Positions 10,387 through 19,929 of a stretch of DNA of 64,000 nt are shown here, piece by piece. The stretch is from NCBI GenBank assembly GCA_903840165.1, contig CAIMEY010000002.1:133109-197108 (forward strand). Reading direction: 5' to 3'. The first letter of the stretch is position 1; each line of letters begins with the position of its first letter. A model generated the notes under the pieces. The model worked only from the letters and a program-made list of their open reading frames with translations. It ran no database searches and had not been told where the DNA came from. The DNA comes from an uncultured Myxococcales bacterium. Its GTDB lineage: Bacteria; Myxococcota_A; UBA9042. The translations under genes were made by a program, and so were the position numbers.

Positions 10387-12191
10387 TTCGCCGTTTGAAT
10401 CAACACGGTTTCGCCGCCCACAGCCGTTTCAAAGCCCTTCTGCGCCGCCTTGGCAGCGGCCTGATCGGCAAAGGGCCCGAGGCGCACGCGGTAAAAGGTG
10501 CCCTTCTCGGGAACTTCGCCAGCAAATACAGCGGATTTCATGCCCTTGGCAGTCAGCATTTCGGCAAAGGAATCGGCGTCTGCCTGGGTCCGAAAGGACT
10601 TCACCTGCACCATCCACTTGCCGCCGGCATTCTTGTTGCCTGAGGCCGCCCCCTTGGCCTCGCCTTTTCTCTGCGGCTGAACTGCCTTGGCTGCGGCTTG
10701 GCGCTCTGCTTCTGCCTTTTCCTGCGCCGCCTTGTCCCTGTCTGCCCGGTCCTGGTCGGCCTTGGACTTGGCCGCCTTCTCCGCTTGAGCGCGCGCCTGG
10801 GCTTGTTTGGCCGCCACCTGCTCCTGTGCTTGCGCTTGCGCCTTGGCCGCCTTTTCCTCAGAGGCCTTCTGCTCGGCCGCCTTCAGGTTAGACTGCCTCT
10901 CAGATTCCTTCTTTCCTTTCAAAGCTTTGGCTGCTGCCACCTTGTCACGCTCGGCCTGGGCCTTGGCCGTCTTCTCGGCCGCAGCCTTTTCGGTCGCGGC
11001 CTTCTCTGCAGCTCGCTTGTCCGCTTCTTTCTTTTCTTTCGCAGCCTTTGCCGCAGCCACCTTGTCGCGCACAGCCTTGGCCTTGGCAGCCTTTTGCGCC
11101 AGCGCCTCTTGCTTAGCAGCCTTCTCCGCGGCAATTCGCTCGGCTTCTTCCTTTTCTTTCGTGGCCTTGGCTGCTGCCACCCTTTCCTTGGCCGCCTTTG
11201 CCTTGGCCGCCTTGTCAGCCAATGCCTTCTCCTTGGCGGCCTTCTGCGCTGCTAGGCGTACGGCGTCCGCTTGGGCCTCGGCCGCTCTTTCGGCTTCTGC
11301 CCTTTCTTTCGCGGCCTTGGCTGCTGCCGCCTTCTCGGCCGCGGCCTTTTCCTTGGCGGCCTTTTCTGTTGCAGCTTTGACGGCTTGCTGCCGTTCTCGG
11401 GCTTCCTTCTCCGCTTTAGCCCGTTGTTCTTCGGCCTTGCGTTCGGCTTCGGCCCGGGCGGCCGCGGCTTCCCGTTCAGCCTTGGCACGCAGTTCCGCTG
11501 CCTCACGTTCAGCTTTTACACGTAATTCTAAAGCCTTACGGTCCGCTTCGGCCTTGGCTTCTGCCGCACGTTTGGCCGCTGCAGCGTTCTCGAGCGCAGC
11601 CGCCTCCTGGGCTTTTGCAAGTTCAATCGCCGCCTTGCGCTTCGCCTCGGCCTCTGCCTTTGCCGCAGCTTCTTCCCGGGCTTTGCGTTCGGCAGCTGCT
11701 TTTTCCGCAGCGAGCCGTTCTGCCTGGGCCTTCCTTGCGGCGAGTTCCTTCTCTTCTGCAGCCTTTTCAGCAGCTTGAGCCGCGGCCGCACGACGGTCCG
11801 TCTCAGCCTTTTCAGCGGCGGCACGTTGGGCGGCGAGGGCTTGTTCGGGCACATCGGCGTGGGCACTTGCCGGCAGCATTTTAGCTACATGATCAGCAGG
11901 TTGCGGGAGTGGCTCTGGAGGCGGATTGAGCGGGGCCGGAATGATCGGGGCCTCCGCCTTTGCTCTAGGTGCCGCGGCAGGGGGAAGGGCAACCTCAGGC
12001 GTCGCCTCAGCTTTTGGCGGTGTCTGGCTGCCTTGCGCCACGGGTGGCGGCTCTTGACGGCCTAGGTGGTAGCCCACAGCGAACGTCACCGCCAGCGCCA
12101 CAGCACCGACGATGCCAAAGCGCAAAATGTCCCGCACTTCCAGGTGCAAAATCAAGCGTTCGCGCACGCGGTCAAAGTCGCGCAGGGCCAT
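10383..12191 (-). CDS. SPOR-domain membrane protein with long Ala/Lys/Glu coiled-coil (FtsN/DamX-like architecture)
   Basis: N-terminal TM helix, Pro-rich linker, EKAAA repeats and a C-terminal WMVQVKSF..YRVRLGPF SPOR motif; lies downstream of argS. Confidence 0.85.
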   Translation of the reverse strand: MALRDFDRVRERLILHLEVRDILRFGIVGAVALAVTFAVGYHLGRQEPPPVAQGSQTPPKAEATPEVALPPAAAPRAKAEAPIIPAPLNPPPEPLPQPADHVAKMLPASAHADVPEQALAAQRAAAEKAETDRRAAAAQAAEKAAEEKELAARKAQAERLAAEKAAAERKAREEAAAKAEAEAKRKAAIELAKAQEAAALENAAAAKRAAEAKAEADRKALELRVKAEREAAELRAKAEREAAAARAEAERKAEEQRAKAEKEARERQQAVKAATEKAAKEKAAAEKAAAAKAAKERAEAERAAEAQADAVRLAAQKAAKEKALADKAAKAKAAKERVAAAKATKEKEEAERIAAEKAAKQEALAQKAAKAKAVRDKVAAAKAAKEKKEADKRAAEKAATEKAAAEKTAKAQAERDKVAAAKALKGKKESERQSNLKAAEQKASEEKAAKAQAQAQEQVAAKQAQARAQAEKAAKSKADQDRADRDKAAQEKAEAERQAAAKAVQPQRKGEAKGAASGNKNAGGKWMVQVKSFRTQADADSFAEMLTAKGMKSAVFAGEVPEKGTFYRVRLGPFADQAAAKAAQKGFETAVGGETVLIQTAN

Positions 12192-12284
12192 CGAATTCCT
12201 CGTGGCTCAGGGGGGCATCCTCGCCACTACTCGAATGTACGCCAATATCGCCAAAGGCCAAAGAATGTTGTCTTTTGCCGCGGT

Positions 12285-14279
12285 CTACGCGGTTGGCTCG
12301 GCGTCTTCTTGCAGCGACTGCATGCGGTCCGGCGCGGTGACGCCAAGTAGCTGTAAACCATTGTGGATCACATGCTTAAGCGCGAGCACCAGGCTCAGAC
12401 GCGCCTGGGTCAGCAGCAAATCATCACTGATTACACGGGCATCGGTCTTGCCGCGCGTGTAGTACGCGTGAAAGGCGCGGCAGGTGTCCAGCAGCCAGAA
12501 CGCCAGCTGATGGGGTTCACGCGCTTTGGCGGCGCGCGCAACAATCTCAGGGAATTCCGCCAAGATCATGCAGAGATTGCGCTCGTCATCCAGAGCCAAG
12601 CTGCGCAGTTCGGCGTGGGCCTGCCAGGGCTGCCCGGCTTCCTCCGCCTTACTCAGCACCGAGGCCAACCGCGCATGGCCGTATTGGACGTAGTACACCG
12701 GATTGTCCATTGAAGTTCGGCGGGCAATTTCCAAATCAAAATCAAGCTGTGCGTCCGCCTTGCGCATCAGGAAGAGAAAGCGCACAGCATTGCGGCCGCT
12801 GCTCGGCTCGGCCGTGGTCACTTCTTCGATCACGTCGCGCAGGGTCACAAACTCCCCGGAACGCTTGCCCATGGGCACTGGCTTGCCGTCCCGCAGCAGT
12901 GCAACCATTTGAACCAGCAGGACTTCTAGGCGATCGCCAGTCCAGCGTGCCGCCCGTGGATCGCCTTCTTGGCGGCGAAGGTCGCCCAAAGCCTGCAGCA
13001 CGCCCTGCAACCTGGGCACGTAGCCATGGTGATCGGCGCCCAAGATATTGATAAGATGATCAAATCCTCGAGCCAGCTTGTCGTCGTGGTAGGCAATGTC
13101 CGCGGCGAAATAGGTCGGCCGACCATCGGAGCGCAGAATGACCCGGTCCTTGCTGTCAAGGAAGCGGGCCGGCATGTCTTCGCGGGTGCCACGGAAGAAA
13201 ACGGCGCGCCCATGCAGGGTTTCGCCTTCTTCGTCAGCGCCGACGCTCTCTTGCTCATAGGCCCATTTGGCGGCCTGCAGGCGCTTGGCACAATCAGCGA
13301 CGGCATTTGCGCCTTGATTTTCAAGGCCATGCAGGGACCGCTCACTGAACCAACGGTCAAAGCCGATGCCGAGCAGGGCCAAGTCCGCCTTAATGCGCAA
13401 GAGCATTTGCTGCCAGGCGGCAATTGAAACACGGCGGTTGTCCGCACGACCCTCGGCATTTTCCGGTTCAGCTACGGCCCAGGCTGCGTCATCGTCCCAG
13501 CGCGCCTGATGGGCCGCCGCTGCGTACTCGCTCGTCACTGCAAAAGTCTCTGCAATCTGCGCAACGTAGCCGCCACGGTAGCCATCTTCTGGGAAACCTT
13601 TGGGAAATCCGGCAGGAAAGGCCACTGGATCGCCCTGGGCCCAGGTTGCCAGTGCCGACTGGCGAAGCGCTGATGCACGTAGCCAATGCCAAACACTTTC
13701 ACCTAGTTTGCCGATCTGATTGCCAACATTGTTGACATAATACTCCGTCGCCACCGCATAGCCCGAGGCCCGCAGCACCCGCGCCAGGGCATCACCCAAG
13801 ACGGCACCGCGCCCGTGGCCGACGTGCAATGGGCCGGTCGGATTGGCACTGACGAACTCCAGCAGCACACGTTCACCGGCTCCCGAACGGTTATTACCAT
13901 ACGTTTCAGGGGTGTGGAGCACATCGGTCACGGCCGACTGCCATGCGTTCGCAGCGAGCCGTAGGTTGACAAAGCCCGGGCCGGCCAGTTCCGCAGCGGC
14001 CAAAAGGCCATGCGTATCGGCCTGTTTTAAAAGCGCAATCAAGCGTTCTGCCACCGCGCGAGGATTGCTCTTGGCCACCTTAGCGAGTGAAAATGCCAAG
14101 TTGGTCGCAAGGTCGCCATGGCTTGCCTGCCGCGGACGCTCCAACGGCACCTGGCTAGGGGCGATCGCATCGGGGAAAAATCCTTCATGTACGCCAATTT
14201 CAATGGCATCAGCCACCAACTGGCGCACGCGTTGGTACAGGCCCGCAGGGGCAAGGGGGGCAGGGTGCAGGTCGCTCAT
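12285..14279 (-). CDS. argS: Arginyl-tRNA synthetase
   Basis: HGDLATN, AGPGFVN, EFVSANPTGPLHVGHGR (HIGH), GADHHGY, MGKRSGEFVTL, NPVYYVQYGHAR. Confidence 0.97.
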   Translation of the reverse strand: MSDLHPAPLAPAGLYQRVRQLVADAIEIGVHEGFFPDAIAPSQVPLERPRQASHGDLATNLAFSLAKVAKSNPRAVAERLIALLKQADTHGLLAAAELAGPGFVNLRLAANAWQSAVTDVLHTPETYGNNRSGAGERVLLEFVSANPTGPLHVGHGRGAVLGDALARVLRASGYAVATEYYVNNVGNQIGKLGESVWHWLRASALRQSALATWAQGDPVAFPAGFPKGFPEDGYRGGYVAQIAETFAVTSEYAAAAHQARWDDDAAWAVAEPENAEGRADNRRVSIAAWQQMLLRIKADLALLGIGFDRWFSERSLHGLENQGANAVADCAKRLQAAKWAYEQESVGADEEGETLHGRAVFFRGTREDMPARFLDSKDRVILRSDGRPTYFAADIAYHDDKLARGFDHLINILGADHHGYVPRLQGVLQALGDLRRQEGDPRAARWTGDRLEVLLVQMVALLRDGKPVPMGKRSGEFVTLRDVIEEVTTAEPSSGRNAVRFLFLMRKADAQLDFDLEIARRTSMDNPVYYVQYGHARLASVLSKAEEAGQPWQAHAELRSLALDDERNLCMILAEFPEIVARAAKAREPHQLAFWLLDTCRAFHAYYTRGKTDARVISDDLLLTQARLSLVLALKHVIHNGLQLLGVTAPDRMQSLQEDAEPTA

Positions 14280-14917
14280 CGGCTGTCGGTCACCGCGGGC
14301 TCAGGCCAGTTCCGCATAGGATAACTGGTTGAGCAGACAAGGGATCTCTGTCTTCCATGGCTGAGCGGGGCAAGATGCACCAGCAACGCAACCCAGTCAC
14401 CGCGTGATCCAGGCCGCGGCGAGGTGCGCAGAATAGCCCAGATTGGTCAGCATCGGCCACCACTACCCGTGCATCGCGTCGGCCATCGCCCCACACAGTC
14501 GGGGCCCGGCGGTCAGGCTCGGCAGCGATTCTGCTTGCAATGGCGGCAGTGGACACATCAAACTAGCTAACAAATAAAGGGAATTCGGGTAGATAGCGGC
14601 GACACGGTAGTCGGTTCTACGTCGGCCCGGCCAACTGAGCGGCGAACTGACCCCGGCGACCGAGCGCGTGCGCCGTTCTGCGGATACCGTGATCAACTCG
14701 GCGCCACCGGGCCCATCGTCGCCCAACCATGGACGCTTCGAGAGAGTATAACATCTTGGATTTGATGGTAAATAGCGTCTAACGTCTTCGGACTCAGCCG
14801 TGCCACCGTCAGCACCTCAAAGCGAACAGGCCTGACGCGAAGTGTCGCAGCCAAAAACTGGCCAACTTCGCGGCGTACGGTACCCTCAAGACCAGCCGCC
14901 GGGCCGAGTAGGGTGCC

Positions 14918-15736
14918 ATGTCGACCACGATCGCCCAGACGATGTCCTTTGAAATCAAGCTTCTCAAAGCCTTGGTGCGTTGGCCCATCCGCCTAATTGA
15001 TGCCGTGGGCGCGGCCGTCCTGTTCGCGAGCCAGGCTCTGTTGGCAAGCGTGCGTCCTCCCTATCGATACAGCAACTATATCGCGATCTTCGAGTTCGTC
15101 GGCGTCGGTTCCTTGGGCATCGTCTTGCTCACCGGGGCCTTCACCGGCGCCGTCTTTGCGATCCAGACGGCCATTGCCTTCGAACTGTTCAATGCCAAAA
15201 GTCTTATCGGCGGCAGCGTAGCCATGGCCCTACTGCGCGAGTTGGCCCCGAGCATGGGCGCGCTCATGGTGGCCGGACGCGTTGGTTCGGCGATGTGCAC
15301 GGAATTAGGGACAATGCGGGTAACTGAGCAAATAGACGCTTTGGAGACCATGGCGGTCGACCCCGTGCATTACCTCGTTGCGCCGCGCATCATCGCGTGT
15401 ACGTTGATGATGCCGATGCTAGCCGTCTGTTTCGCCGCGATTGGTCTCGCCGGCGCTTGGGTCGTGTCCACGCAACTGCTTGGCATTGATACGCAATCTT
15501 TCTTGAGCCGCATCGTGCTGTGGGTCAGGCCCTCGGACGTCCTCTGCACCGTAGTCAAGGGCACGTTTTTCGGCCTGATCATCGGCAGCATCGCCTCCTG
15601 GCGCGGCTTTCTCGCCACCGGTGGCTCGCGGGGCGTGGGCTTGGCGACGACCAGCACCGTGGTCACGTCGTCGGTGACCATCCTGCTGGTCGATTACCTC
15701 ATCACGTCGGTGTGGCTGCAGGTCTTCAAACGCTGA
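14918..15736 (+). CDS. mlaE: MlaE-family ABC transporter permease
   Basis: RELAP..GRVGSAMCTELGTMRVTEQIDALETMAVDP..PR and GVGLATTSTVV. Confidence 0.92.
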   Translation: MSTTIAQTMSFEIKLLKALVRWPIRLIDAVGAAVLFASQALLASVRPPYRYSNYIAIFEFVGVGSLGIVLLTGAFTGAVFAIQTAIAFELFNAKSLIGGSVAMALLRELAPSMGALMVAGRVGSAMCTELGTMRVTEQIDALETMAVDPVHYLVAPRIIACTLMMPMLAVCFAAIGLAGAWVVSTQLLGIDTQSFLSRIVLWVRPSDVLCTVVKGTFFGLIIGSIASWRGFLATGGSRGVGLATTSTVVTSSVTILLVDYLITSVWLQVFKR

Positions 15737-15788
15737 ATCGCGCAATTAACGCGTTATTGCAAGAAGTTTGACCCTTGATATACAACGC

Positions 15789-17597
15789 TCATGGGGCGGC
15801 CAAACAGCGCAGCGCATCGATCGCCGTCGCGACCTGTTCGTCCGCCTTTTGCCGGGGAAAGAGCTCCGTCGCCGCCTGATGTCGCTGTTGCCGAGCTTGA
15901 GCGACACATGCCAAAAGCATCTTATTTGCAAGGGGATTGACCGTGGTACTACAGTTGTCGGCGGCTAGATGCTGACTCAAATCGGCCTCGCGCATGCCCG
16001 CAGCCTGAGCGCCGCCGAGTTCGCGCGTCGTCAGCACATCCGGCGTGACACCAACGGCTTGCAAACAACCGCCGGCCGGACCGTAGTACCGGGCGATCGT
16101 CACTTTGACGAAGTAGGGCGACGAAAACGGCCGAATCAGCTTCTGCATCGAGGCCTTGCCATACGTCTGATCGCCGACGATCAGAGCCCGGCCATTCTCG
16201 CGCAGTGCGGCCGTCAGCGCCTCGCAGGCTGACGCGCAGCCACCATTGACAAGAACAACCAGGGGTTGCAGCACATCGAACTCGTCCTTCTTGGCCGGCG
16301 CGACGATGTCCTCTTGGTTGCGCCGCTTGACGCGCACGATAGACCCCTGCCGCAGGAACAGGTCGGCCACGGCCACAGCTTCATCCAGCACGCCGCCGCC
16401 ATTGTCGCGCAGATCGAGAATCCACCCTTGAATCGGGGACTTGTCGCTGCGCATCGCTTGTTCCATGGCAGCCCAGGTCCGCAGGCCCGTCTTGTCGACG
16501 AACTCCGTCAAATGCAGCAAACCCACTTGATTCATACGCTGATCGCCGCGCGCCGCGATTCGCCACGCCTCGGCGTCGGGCGTCATCTCCACACGTCGTG
16601 TCAACGTCAGGTGTCGCGTGCGCTTGTCGCGCATGAGCCCCAGCACCACCTTGGTCCCCTCCTTGCCGCCCAGCGCTTTTTCCAGTTCGGGTGCGGACTT
16701 ACCTGTGGTCGGTTCCTTGTCCAGCGTCAGCAGTTGGTCCCCTACACGTACGTCCGCCTGCCACGCAGGGCTATTACGCGTCACATCATCAACCAAAATG
16801 CGGTCTTTCCCTGCCGGAGCTAGGTGAAGACCGACATCCGCTGTTGCGGCGGCCGTCACTGGCTGATTCACGCGCGTCCAAAACGCGGCAGAAACCAAGT
16901 CACTGTGGGCATCCAGGGCCTTGAGGTACGCAGAAGCTGCGTTAATCCAAGCGAAATCGGCTCCGCCCCCTGGCGCGCGTGCTTGTTCATCGCCGTTTTC
17001 AGGGGTTCGCGGGCCGCCCAATCCTTGGCGCAGTGCCTCGCGTTCCAGCCAGGCCATGGCACAGTCGAAGTCCTTGCGCGCAAAGCCAATTTTCGCCCAA
17101 GCCTGATCCACCAGCGCCTGCCGTTCGCGCACAACCTCGCGGTTTTGGGTCGTAGCTAGGCCCGGTTCGGGCCGCCACTGTTCCGCCGCCGGGGGAATCC
17201 GATGCATGACCACGCCGGTCATCGCGTGTCCCCCACACATCATCGGCTCGGCAACACCTGAGTAACGCCCATGATCTTCAGGCTTTTGCCCGCGATTGCT
17301 CAGGAATTCGGCAGGAAGCAACTCTGCTGTCGGTGTCAGGGTCCACAGCGCTCCGTTGGCCGCGCGAATCCAGGTTTGCGGCGAATCGGAAATAACATCA
17401 AGCCAGTTCTCAGCAGCCGTCTTGCGGACCTGCTCAAACTGCGTTGGGCCAAAAGTAACGCCGCGCCAGTCTTTGACGGTGCCGAGCAACGCCAAAGGTC
17501 GTGAAAAATCATCGGCATCTGCTGCCAACGCCACAGGGGGCAGGAGCAGTACCGCGCCCACTAGCAGCGAGGTTTGAAAAACGATGCGTGAATTCAT
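15789..17597 (-). CDS. S41-family carboxyl-terminal processing protease with PDZ domain
   Basis: PDZ segment, LDLRDNGGG, ASACE (Ser), TYGKASMQ (Lys), GVTPD. ATG 17597 overlaps the upstream stop (ATGA). Confidence 0.9.
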   Translation of the reverse strand: MNSRIVFQTSLLVGAVLLLPPVALAADADDFSRPLALLGTVKDWRGVTFGPTQFEQVRKTAAENWLDVISDSPQTWIRAANGALWTLTPTAELLPAEFLSNRGQKPEDHGRYSGVAEPMMCGGHAMTGVVMHRIPPAAEQWRPEPGLATTQNREVVRERQALVDQAWAKIGFARKDFDCAMAWLEREALRQGLGGPRTPENGDEQARAPGGGADFAWINAASAYLKALDAHSDLVSAAFWTRVNQPVTAAATADVGLHLAPAGKDRILVDDVTRNSPAWQADVRVGDQLLTLDKEPTTGKSAPELEKALGGKEGTKVVLGLMRDKRTRHLTLTRRVEMTPDAEAWRIAARGDQRMNQVGLLHLTEFVDKTGLRTWAAMEQAMRSDKSPIQGWILDLRDNGGGVLDEAVAVADLFLRQGSIVRVKRRNQEDIVAPAKKDEFDVLQPLVVLVNGGCASACEALTAALRENGRALIVGDQTYGKASMQKLIRPFSSPYFVKVTIARYYGPAGGCLQAVGVTPDVLTTRELGGAQAAGMREADLSQHLAADNCSTTVNPLANKMLLACVAQARQQRHQAATELFPRQKADEQVATAIDALRCLAAP

Positions 17598-18484
17598 GTC
17601 ACCTGCCGTCGTCGCCAAATCGCAATGAAAATAAGGAGTAAGCTGAAAATCGCACCAACCGTCGTCCCCCGAGTTGCGGCGCTGCATCCGCCCGGGGCAG
17701 GCGTGGTGCCGCCGCTGCTGAGGTCGCTACCGCTGCTGCTGGCGTCGGTGGCTGGGCCGATGCTTGGGTCACACGTGGTGGTGTAGGCGTGGCAGATGCC
17801 GTCGCGATCGTCCTGGGCCAAGCTGCATTTCTCGCCTGGTTGCGCAGTGTTGAAGGCGTACATGGTCGCCTGCGCATCGGGGCTGTGGCCTAGTCCCAAG
17901 GCATGGCCCATCTCGTGCGTTAGCGTGTCGCACAAATTCACGCGTCCGGCTGAGCAGTTGCCGACGCAGAAGTCGTGGTCGACATCGTCAATCGCAATGT
18001 CCGCGTCGACCAGTTCGCCCGTGCTGAGGTTGGCTGTCACCACCGTTTGCGACAAGACCGAGACGCCAAAGGGCCAATTGGCTTTGATTGGAATGATGAA
18101 ATTGCCGTTCGGGCTATAGCCGGTGCACTTGCCCTGCGCATCCTTGCCGGTGCAGTCGGGCCCCAGGGTGTCGGTATGTGCAAACCCCTTGTTCTCTAGG
18201 GTAAATCCAATCGGATGGCTGGGGCAGGGCGTGCCCGGGACATTGGCTTTGGCACCTTGGCAGGTGTCGCACGCAACCGTTTGCCAAGAGACCATCGCGG
18301 CGTCGACCGTGGCTTGATAGTCGCCATCGGAAACTGTGTCTAGGCTGACATTTTGCAAGTGAAAATCAATGGTCGAGCCCAGCCAGCGCTCGCCGCAGCC
18401 CGTCCCCACTTGGGTCTGCACCCAAGCAAGCGCGGTCGACGGCAGCCAGAGCCACCCCAGGGCGATCGCGATTGGCCAACGCAT
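17594..18484 (-). CDS. Matrixin (M10)-like zinc metalloprotease with MYXO-CTERM-like tail
   Basis: HEMGHALGLGH zinc motif, ATM Met-turn, C-terminal GGCSAA-hydrophobic-WRRR. Start taken at MRWPIA. Confidence 0.88.
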   Translation of the reverse strand: MRWPIAIALGWLWLPSTALAWVQTQVGTGCGERWLGSTIDFHLQNVSLDTVSDGDYQATVDAAMVSWQTVACDTCQGAKANVPGTPCPSHPIGFTLENKGFAHTDTLGPDCTGKDAQGKCTGYSPNGNFIIPIKANWPFGVSVLSQTVVTANLSTGELVDADIAIDDVDHDFCVGNCSAGRVNLCDTLTHEMGHALGLGHSPDAQATMYAFNTAQPGEKCSLAQDDRDGICHAYTTTCDPSIGPATDASSSGSDLSSGGTTPAPGGCSAATRGTTVGAIFSLLLIFIAIWRRRQVT

Positions 18485-18619
18485 GCAGTCCTCCGTCGCC
18501 AACCCTACCGGATCTTGGGTCCATTTGGCAAAGCCGCGCTCCTGGGAATGTCTTGCGGCCCTGCGGGGCTGACCCGTATGCTGGCGACGGGTCAAGCGCA
18601 CGGCGCCTGGGGTGAATAA

Positions 18620-19903
18620 GTGCATAAGAACTTGAAAGTCATGGCAATTCTTGGCGTCATGCTGGCCGTCTCTATGCTTGCGCCGTTGGGCGCGACGGCC
18701 TGGGCCAATGGTCGTTATCCAGCGGCGGGGCAACTGGTTGTCGACCCGATCGATGCCCAACGCATCGTGGTGCGGACCACCTTTGGCCTTTTGCAGACCA
18801 CCGATAACACCAAGCATTGGCAGTGGATTTGTGAAACTGCGGCGGGCTACGAGGACAATACGGACCCCTATTTCACCGTCGGCGGCAGTGGCGCCTTGGT
18901 CGTGGCGACGGCTACCGGCATGACGGTGAGCAGCGATCGCGGCTGTGTTTGGACGAAACTACCTGGATCAATGGGGCAATTGCCTGCCTATGACTTGGTG
19001 GTTTCGCTGTCGTCGCCCCTGAACATGTGGGCCGTGGACCAGAGCGACGGCGGCCTTCTGCAACTGCTGGCATCGACCGACGGTGGGCTACACTTTTCGC
19101 CACAGGGAGCAAAATTGCCTAGTGGCTTCAGCGCTCTAACCCTGGAAGTCGCGCCCTCCAATCCTCAGCGCATCTATGTCAGCGGCCAGCAGCAGCAGAC
19201 CCAGAGCGTGATCATGCGTAGCGACGATGGCGGCGCTTCCTGGCAGGCGTTACCGATGGATACGACCGATATTGTGGGCGATTTCGTTGGTGCTGTCGAC
19301 CCGCAACAGCCGGACCGCCTCTACGTGCGACGCAACACGGACACGGGGGATGCGCTGCTGTTCTCCAGTGATGCGGGGCTGACTTGGCAACAGGCCTTTG
19401 CCACCCCGGGGAAGTTGCTGGGGTTTGCGCTGTCCCCGGATGGTCAGACCGTGGCTCTTGGCGTAGTTGTCCCGCAATCGCCTGAATTGCGTGGGCTTTG
19501 GCTTGCCTCAAGCAGCGACATGGTGTTTCACAAGGTGCAGGATGTGCAGCCGACCTGCCTGACTTGGACCGCCCAAGGCCTGTGGATTTGCGCCCTGCAG
19601 TCCGTGGATCACTTTGTGCTCGGGCGTTCGGAGGACGCCGGCAAGTCCATCAAGCCGCTGCTGCAACTTGCTGACATCAAGCCACTGTCCTGTCCGGTCG
19701 GCACGCGCACAGCCAATGTCTGCCCTGCGGCTTGGACGCTCGTGGCCAAACAACTTGGTGTGGGTACCTCGCCAGTAGTTGCGCCGGCTCAGCCTATCTC
19801 TTCTGGATGTAATGGTTTTCGTGGGTCGTCGGCGATTGCTGTGCCGTGGCTGACCCTCATTTTGCTTCTGGCGCTCGGTCTGCGCACAAGGCGGGTGAAA
19901 TAG
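18620..19903 (+). CDS. Secreted BNR/Asp-box repeat protein with MYXO-CTERM-like tail
   Basis: Signal peptide; Asp boxes SSDRGCVW, STDGGLHF, SDDGGASW, SSDAGLTW; C-terminal SSGC-hydrophobic-RTRR. Confidence 0.85.
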   Translation: MHKNLKVMAILGVMLAVSMLAPLGATAWANGRYPAAGQLVVDPIDAQRIVVRTTFGLLQTTDNTKHWQWICETAAGYEDNTDPYFTVGGSGALVVATATGMTVSSDRGCVWTKLPGSMGQLPAYDLVVSLSSPLNMWAVDQSDGGLLQLLASTDGGLHFSPQGAKLPSGFSALTLEVAPSNPQRIYVSGQQQQTQSVIMRSDDGGASWQALPMDTTDIVGDFVGAVDPQQPDRLYVRRNTDTGDALLFSSDAGLTWQQAFATPGKLLGFALSPDGQTVALGVVVPQSPELRGLWLASSSDMVFHKVQDVQPTCLTWTAQGLWICALQSVDHFVLGRSEDAGKSIKPLLQLADIKPLSCPVGTRTANVCPAAWTLVAKQLGVGTSPVVAPAQPISSGCNGFRGSSAIAVPWLTLILLLALGLRTRRVK

Positions 19904-19929
19904 GCCCACCTTGTGCGCGACCGCTGGCG

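Noticed and set aside
10049..10891. 280-aa plus-strand ORF across repeat copy 1
   Set aside because: Overlaps the SPOR gene antisense and has no transposase or other motif.
14280..14917. Short ORFs between argS and mlaE
   Set aside because: No motif, RBS or consistent codon bias; left unannotated, though a small gene cannot be excluded.
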